A DNA stretch of 64,000 nucleotides. It comes from Eledone cirrhosa (lineage: Eukaryota). The translations under genes were made by a program, and so were the position numbers. Below are positions 56,997 to 64,000 of the stretch, one piece after another. Position 1 is the first letter of the stretch. Each line of letters starts with the position of its first letter. Location: the NCBI GenBank assembly GCA_964016885.1, contig OZ024761.1:19840001-19904000 (forward strand). Direction: 5' to 3'. The notes beneath the pieces are model-generated. The model did not search any database. It saw nothing but the letters and a program-made list of their open reading frames with translations, and was not told where the DNA came from.

Positions 56997-58463
56997 TATA
57001 TCATCATCGTTTTTACGGCTGCTTTTCCATGCTTATATATATAAAGCACACACAGTAATTTTCTATCAGCATTTTCAGAAAACGAAAACTAAATTCAATA
57101 TGATAGCAAAGAGGAAGGAATTCCTCAAGTCTGTGACTACCAACAGAATATTTTCTAAGAGATAAAGACTCCTTTGTTTCAGAAATAATATTATTCTTAA
57201 ATTCGGCGCAGCATTCATAGAAAACAATAGATATTCCTATATTATTGACAAGAGCAGTGGGTGGAAGATACAGGGAGGGGTGTTCAAGTAAACATCTACA
57301 TAAGAAAGATTGTGATGATACTACACAATGGTAATATTGGGGTTACTGCTGCATTAGTAGCTGTGCCGTCAATAATGATGGCAATAGTGTAGGGTGTATT
57401 TAGTTTGGGGAGTCCAGGATTTGTGTGTCGTACATATATATATAAAAGAGAGAGTTTGCTCTGCTGAGACCACTAATCATGGGAATACTCAATGCATGGG
57501 GAGATGCACAGTAGGTATACACAACCATTTCAAAATATATACACTGTAAATGTTGTATGTAAAATGGAGGTGTAACTTAGCTACTGGATCTACAAAACCT
57601 CAATTCAAAATACATGGTACACAGTAAATTCTGTTGTAATTCAAATGCTTATAATATCTTTACTAGTGGACAGATCATTGTGAAAATTTGCAGAGTAAAG
57701 ATTTAAGATTTTGTTCCCAACAACTTGATAAGTTAGTCAAATAACTAAATCCATTCAATTCTTCATTATTTTCAAAACACAATGACACAAGGGCAGTATA
57801 TTTAAACTCGTCGTCATTTTATATAAGAATTAAATTTTTCATAATTTTCAAAATTAACTGGAAATCACACGTTTCCATTAAAAATACGGTAACGAAAGTG
57901 TTAAATATAGAAACAGAACAGTTTCAAGATGTCTAAATTGGGTTGTGGGATTGATTCACCATTAATTCCCCCATTAATAACTGGCCTACCTGTCTTTAAA
58001 TGGGACCTGATGGTCTATGCACCTTATATTGTCTCGAGCAATGGCGGTGCCCCAACATGGCCTCACCCTGTTGGCTGGAACACACAATAGAGTAAATAGG
58101 ATGGCTTTTGTGAAATCTTGGCTATATATTGTTCAAGAAAGTGTTTTGACATCTGGATATAATTTCTACTAACAGTTTAACCAAAGTGGAATCAACACCC
58201 ATCTAAACTCATCCCCATCAGTTTTACTAAGCTGCAGAAATCAGATGTACCCAAAATACACTGTAAACATAGAAATAATTTTACTCCTTGTTACAATATT
58301 TTTTTTTATGAAAGAAACCCCTATAATTTTTAGATAATCAAATTTAAAGAGATTTAGTAATATAATTGTCTCTTTATTTGGTGTAAAGGTTCTTACATAA
58401 AATTATGATGGAAGGTTTTTAGATAAATATAAACACTTTATAACAATTTCTTATATTAAAAGC

Positions 58464-58548
58464 AGGGGTTAATAAGAGACATATATGCAAATGAATATCT
58501 GTGCTCAGGGGTTAATAAGAGACATATATGCAAATGAATATCTGTGCT
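58464..58548. repeat. ~42-bp perfect tandem duplication
   Basis: CAGGGGTTAATAAGAGACATATATGCAAATGAATATCTGTGCT twice. Confidence 0.9.
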
Positions 58549-59892
58549 AAAGGCTTACACACACACTACCTTTCATCACCAGCATGATTACAGGGCTATT
58601 GGATTAAAGATGGTTTAACCCTTTCATTAATCAAATACTTTGCATCTTAATTAATTAATTAATGAAGAACTTGAGAAGTTGGTATCTGTAACACGACAAA
58701 ATGTTCTTATATAAAATCATGTTGGAAAGTCTTAAATAGGAACCCTTTAAAATGGGTGGTTTTGTTTTATAGAAACATGGGACGGTTTGGGGCAAGGTTA
58801 GTATCAAAATGGATAAAATACTTGTTTAAAGGATCTGAATAAATATAGCTGAGGTAATGATTGCAATGTTAATAAACTGAGCTGAGATATAGCTGTCTCA
58901 ATAAACCTACTTATGTCATAAGATGGTATAATCATTATGTAGTCAAGTGAACCGTAATTAACTTTAACTGCAAAAACCTACCATTTCTAATTAATTAATC
59001 TTACTAAATACAAACTGAAACTGCGACTACTGTACATCATGCTCGCCATCTCTATTGCCACATAACATACAGTGAAACATGGAGTCTCAAAAAAAAAAGA
59101 TGAAAATAGATTACACTGTGTCAAGATGCAATGTCTGGAGCAGGAGCAATGCTATGAGACAGAAAAACAATTAATGCTGCAGAGACAAGCTGAGAACCAA
59201 TTATAATGATTATACAAGTCATCTAGAAGCACAAACTCCAATAGTTTGGCCTTGTTCACGAGTATTCAAAAGAGATTTCCAAGGCCTGAGACAAACGTTT
59301 ATGTACTCTACCAAGTGCACCAGCATTAGGGAGGTTGTCATGTCTTTGACACAGCTGAAGGGTCCTCCTACAGCTGGATGCCCTTCCTTCCTATCACTAA
59401 ATATTCTACAGAGTGTACCGGGTACATTTACCATGTAGATCCCAACACTAGGAAGGTTGTCAGGCCTTTGAAACAACCAAAGAATCCTTCCAAAAGGTCA
59501 AGAATTTCAATACTACTCCAGCCACTTCATGTCCTTGATAAAGGTACATAACTCTATTGACCTCAATATGCCTGACTGCCAATAAGTTCCATCCCGCCAA
59601 GGTTAACTTTGCCTTTCATCCTTATGGGGTTGATAAAATAAAGTACCAGTAATGTACTGGGTGATTGCTGGCCTTGTGCCAAAAGTAGAAACAATTATTA
59701 TAACTGTTTCTTAAATTAGTATTCAAAAGTGTTATAGCTCCAGGAATTTTTAATCAATCAACCTGATAGTAAACTGTCTTAAGAACACATTGAATAATGA
59801 AGTCTAGGGTACACTATGCCAAGAAAAAGAAAAGATGGTCACACTGGAACTCGTATGTCAATCATCACAAGAAACATTATCACATGTTCTTC

Positions 59893-60037
59893 CTCTTAGA
59901 CCGTCCACTGTCCAGTCACCTGACACGATAGCCTCTGATCTCTTAGACCGTCCACTGTCCAGTCACCCGACACTATAGCCTCTGGTCTCTTAGACCGTCC
60001 ACTGTCCAGTCACCCAACACTATAGCCTCTGGTCTCT
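59893..60037. repeat. 47-bp tandem repeat x3
   Basis: CTCTTAGACCGTCCACTGTCCAGTCACCCGACACTATAGCCTCTGGT. Confidence 0.92.
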
Positions 60038-63000
60038 CACCACTTTTAATGTCACAGGACTTGTGGAGAGGTCCTTAGGTCTTTTGTATCATGTAGTTAA
60101 CAATAAAAAGAGGATCGTTTAAGAAAACCAAATGGTCAAATTTGCCAAGTCACATCACATTGGCAGTGCCAATATGTAGGAAGAGATGTAAAACAGAAAA
60201 TTTAAAAAAATTCATCGATTAAAAACGCCAGTTAATACAGGGGTCAGTTGGAGAAGTTCAGAGGCTGACTCTGAAGCAGTGATCCTAGAACTGTGAAATC
60301 TTACAAGTATTAATTTCAGCTCTTATTAATAACGGCATTGTTTCTTTCCAGGAACTGTATCGGTAAAGTGTGGGAATGTGTGCAAGACATAACCACCTAC
60401 AAAATTAATCCACAAGGTATTGGTTGGCCAAACTCTACAATAGAAGATACTTGCCCAAGGTGCCGCCAAGTATTGGGCTGGAACCTGCGTTTATGAAGTG
60501 AACCTCTTAACAGACAAGTCTGTGTCTAAACACTCATTCGAAACAGACACACATACTTTTAATCAACACTAATTTCTATACAGAGTTAATTAGTAACTAA
60601 TTAAAATGGAGGTGGGTTGATGTGAATTACGTTGTGTAACAAACGAGCAAATAGAGTGGTCATGTGAAAATTTGACAAGTCTATCTTTTCACTAGAGAAC
60701 AGTAGCTTGAGAATGACATTGCTTCATCTTCAAAGTGTATTTCATCATAACTATTCAGAGTTGAAAGGTATCCAGCTGTAAGACATTTCTTAAAACTCCT
60801 CACCTAATATAGCAACAAGAATGTTGGATAGAAAGCAACGCGGTATTCGTTCCAGCTCTCTTTGCTCTGAGTTCAAAACCTGCCATGGTCAACTTTGCCT
60901 TCTTTTCAAGGCCAATAATAATAATTAAAAAAATACCAGCCAACTCTTCATCTACATCTCTTTCTCCTTTTCTGGAAGAAACTGACTGACCGTGCTCAAA
61001 CGTGGAGAGATGGGAGCTGCCAGGTTGTAAAAATGCTGTGTGCCACTATGACACACCTACAATCCCATTAGAAGTTACAGGTCTATACCCACACACAGTA
61101 TAACAACCATTTTAAGGCTATTTTCCCCCGCCTAAAGCTTCTCCATTTTGCCTCACCATCTGCATTTCCCCACCCCTCACCAATCATCGTTAACCATGTC
61201 TTCCACATCCAACAACTTAATAATGAAAAAGTTAGCCATTTCAATAAATACTTTCAAATCAATTAAAACATATTGGTAGAATATTCCATTAGTAATATGT
61301 TAAAAGGGTTTGCTATGATTAGTAACATTTAATCCTGTCATTATATAATCTAATGAAAGACACTGCTTGTGATTTTCAAATAATCGAGTATTTAGGGCGG
61401 GATTTGGTAAAATAACTTTCTATCCAATAAGCTGGTGTTAGGACATAACTTAATATTCTTACCTAAAATTATGATGGAAGGTTTTTAGATAAATATAAGC
61501 ACTTTAAACCAATCTTGTACCGTAGAAACAACCAAGGTCAGTTCATAGAAGATAGGGTTTACCACCTTGAAAGCTTACTTCTAACCCACACAGACCAACA
61601 AGGACTGAAGTGTTTCTAAAAAGTTGCTCAACATGCTAGAAAGAGTAGCCAAATCTTTCTTAAATTAGAATTTACCAATATATTGGACAATGTAGTCAGC
61701 GACAGTATACCCAGACCAGAAGGTCAAGTCGTGGATGGAATGCTTTTGATTCATGTCTGCTCAATAAGGGCAAACCTGGGACTAAACTACAGCAACACTC
61801 CAATCACCTTAGCTTGACTTTACACAATTTTCTATATAAAACTCAGCTAATATAAAGAAACATCATGTTAACAGTTAATTAGAGAGAGAAACATTTTTGA
61901 ACATCTTCCAGCTCACACACACAAACCACACACTTTACATGCTATTAGATATGATTAGATTACCTATAACATGTATGAGGAGGCAAACAGAATTTACAGC
62001 CTGGCAATTTTACTCATGTTTGAAATGCATGAGACTCCCACAATCACACATCCATCGCCACTCCTGTTCCCTAAAAAAATAAAGAAAATCTACTCCTGGC
62101 AAAATGAAAATGGTATATTGTGCTCGTGTGATCAAACATTCAGCTCTTCAGAAGCAGATTTTATACCGATTCTAAGTAAAAAGTGAAGGCACAGGACCTA
62201 AGGGGTTATGGTGTTGGGCTCACTATTTTATTATGTCATGGCTTCGATTCCCAGATCAGGTGATGTGTTGTGTCCTTGAGCAAAGTATTACATTTCAAGT
62301 TGCTCCAATAACAACAGTGTCTGCATGAGGATCCTTGCAATGGACTAACCTCCTGTCCAGAAAGGAACCTTGTACTCCCAGTTGCTTAACACCCAAGAAA
62401 CCGGGATAAATAGCAAAGCTCTAAAAAGGGGGAATATCAAAAATGAAATAAATATATGTGATTTAACATCTGCTTTCCTTGCTAACAGGGGTATATATAT
62501 ATACAGGATATAACACAAGGCGGAAGAGACAGTTTTTTTTTTAAGTTCTAATTTTAGACACAAGGCCAGGAAACGTGACCCTTTTGACACCAAACCACCT
62601 AAAACAACTTACTTTTGTGATAGAAATTGTTTATATTTATCTGAAAAAAAAAATTTTCTAGCTGCATGCCCTTCTTATCCCCAACCACTTTACAAGATGG
62701 ACTGGGTGCCACCAGCACCAGAAAGGTCGTCTGTCAGGACTTAATTGTCCACTCTACCCTCTCTATCCGTTTTATATTCTTGTTTTCAAGGTGACTGCTC
62801 TCCTAGACAGATGACCTTCCCTTTGACTTACAGAGTCCACAACTGCCCGGCACTGCCTCTTGCAGTCTTATCTTATTTAGAGTAACTACTCTCCCCAGAC
62901 AGACAGACAACTTGCCTGGGGCTTATGGAGCCGTCTACCCACACAGTCTCAAATTATTCAATATTGTATTCTATCTTACATCCAGCTAGCAGGACAGAGC

Positions 63001-64000
63001 CGATGACACGTACTAGTCAGTAGCAATGAGAATATAAACAACAGGTATTTCAGCTGGAAGTCAGGCACAGATTTCACTATAAACCAACAGTAAAGCCATA
63101 AAGTCAGTTAGAAAGAAATCTGGACCACAAGTTTGTTATTTATTATCTTCTTCCAGGTCTTGTTGAACATCTTGACTGTCTCACATGAAAATCTCACAGA
63201 TTTTATTTGTTTTTCTTTCATATATTGATTTCTTTTCATCAACTACAATCAACCCATGCTAGCATGGAAAATGGACGTTTAAACGATGATGTTCATATAG
63301 CATTTTATAGGTAATTTTGTTTCTTCTTCACTGTTGACCACCTTTTGAACTTCATTGGATAAAATTTTAAATTCATAAACTATGAGATGAACAGAAATAC
63401 ATTAAAAACAATTACCATATATACTCAAATATAAGCTAAACCCCTATTTTATGTCTGAGAAATAGGAAAAAAATCCAAACCCTGTTTATAAACCGAGGCA
63501 GCTAATCAACCCATTATGTTTAGAAGGTGTGTATAAGCCACTCATCCCCCATTTTACCATCAATATTGGGGAGGGGGGTCCACATATTCCTCAACTTATA
63601 ATTTAGAATAGTGCAACACTTTTAAACTTAGTCAACATAATGAGAAAGCAACAACACCCCAACATGTACAACAACCCCGACACTAATGACTACCTCCTGG
63701 AACTTAACAACATAGTTAAAGATACCATTTACTAATGTTTTAGTTCCTACTAACAACAATTCTAAAGCATGTCAGCTTGACCTCAATCCCATTTAAATCG
63801 AGTTTCTATTTGTAGACAGATTCCTTTAGAAACCTTAACAGAAGCAAACAACTTTGACCATTAAAAGAAAATTGAATACTATATCACCTCAACACTTCTG
63901 TGACAACATTTCGAAGGAATGAGACACTGCCTATGGTTTTTCAAACAATCTCAAAAATAATTACTGAGATTGGCAGAGGAGATGATGAGGGAACGCGATG

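Noticed and set aside
62613-62640. 28-nt segment with strong minus-strand acceptor and GTAAGT donor
   Set aside because: Lies in a decayed piggyBac-type MITE-like sequence, is not a multiple of three and has no similarity to eIF4G; a UTR exon cannot be excluded.

Overview
AT-rich, repeat-dense animal genomic DNA. The SINE, RTE and microsatellite content suggests an octopod cephalopod (inference). The only host gene I can support is a minus-strand, multi-exon eIF4G. I reconstructed 18 coding exons by hand between 36060 and 22654; all have GT-AG boundaries with matching phases and give about 1,040 aa. They cover the eIF4E-binding motif (YDRDTLL), MIF4G, MA3 and W2 domains. The N-terminal exons are not evident, apart from a candidate 21-nt microexon at 49625-49645 that could supply an ATG. 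The rest is a 200-N gap, a 5.3-kb (TA)n array, RTE LINE remnants, young tRNA-derived SINEs, mariner- and piggyBac-type MITEs, an internally deleted piggyBac in an eIF4G intron, and several minisatellites. The most interesting non-coding signal is a set of type I hammerhead-ribozyme motifs from about four sequence families (9659, 12685, 15360, 17748, 26988, 41483). Some show compensatory base changes, some sit in Penelope-like inverted repeats, and one family has been amplified into a ~71-bp satellite. All structures were folded by eye; none was computed or tested.
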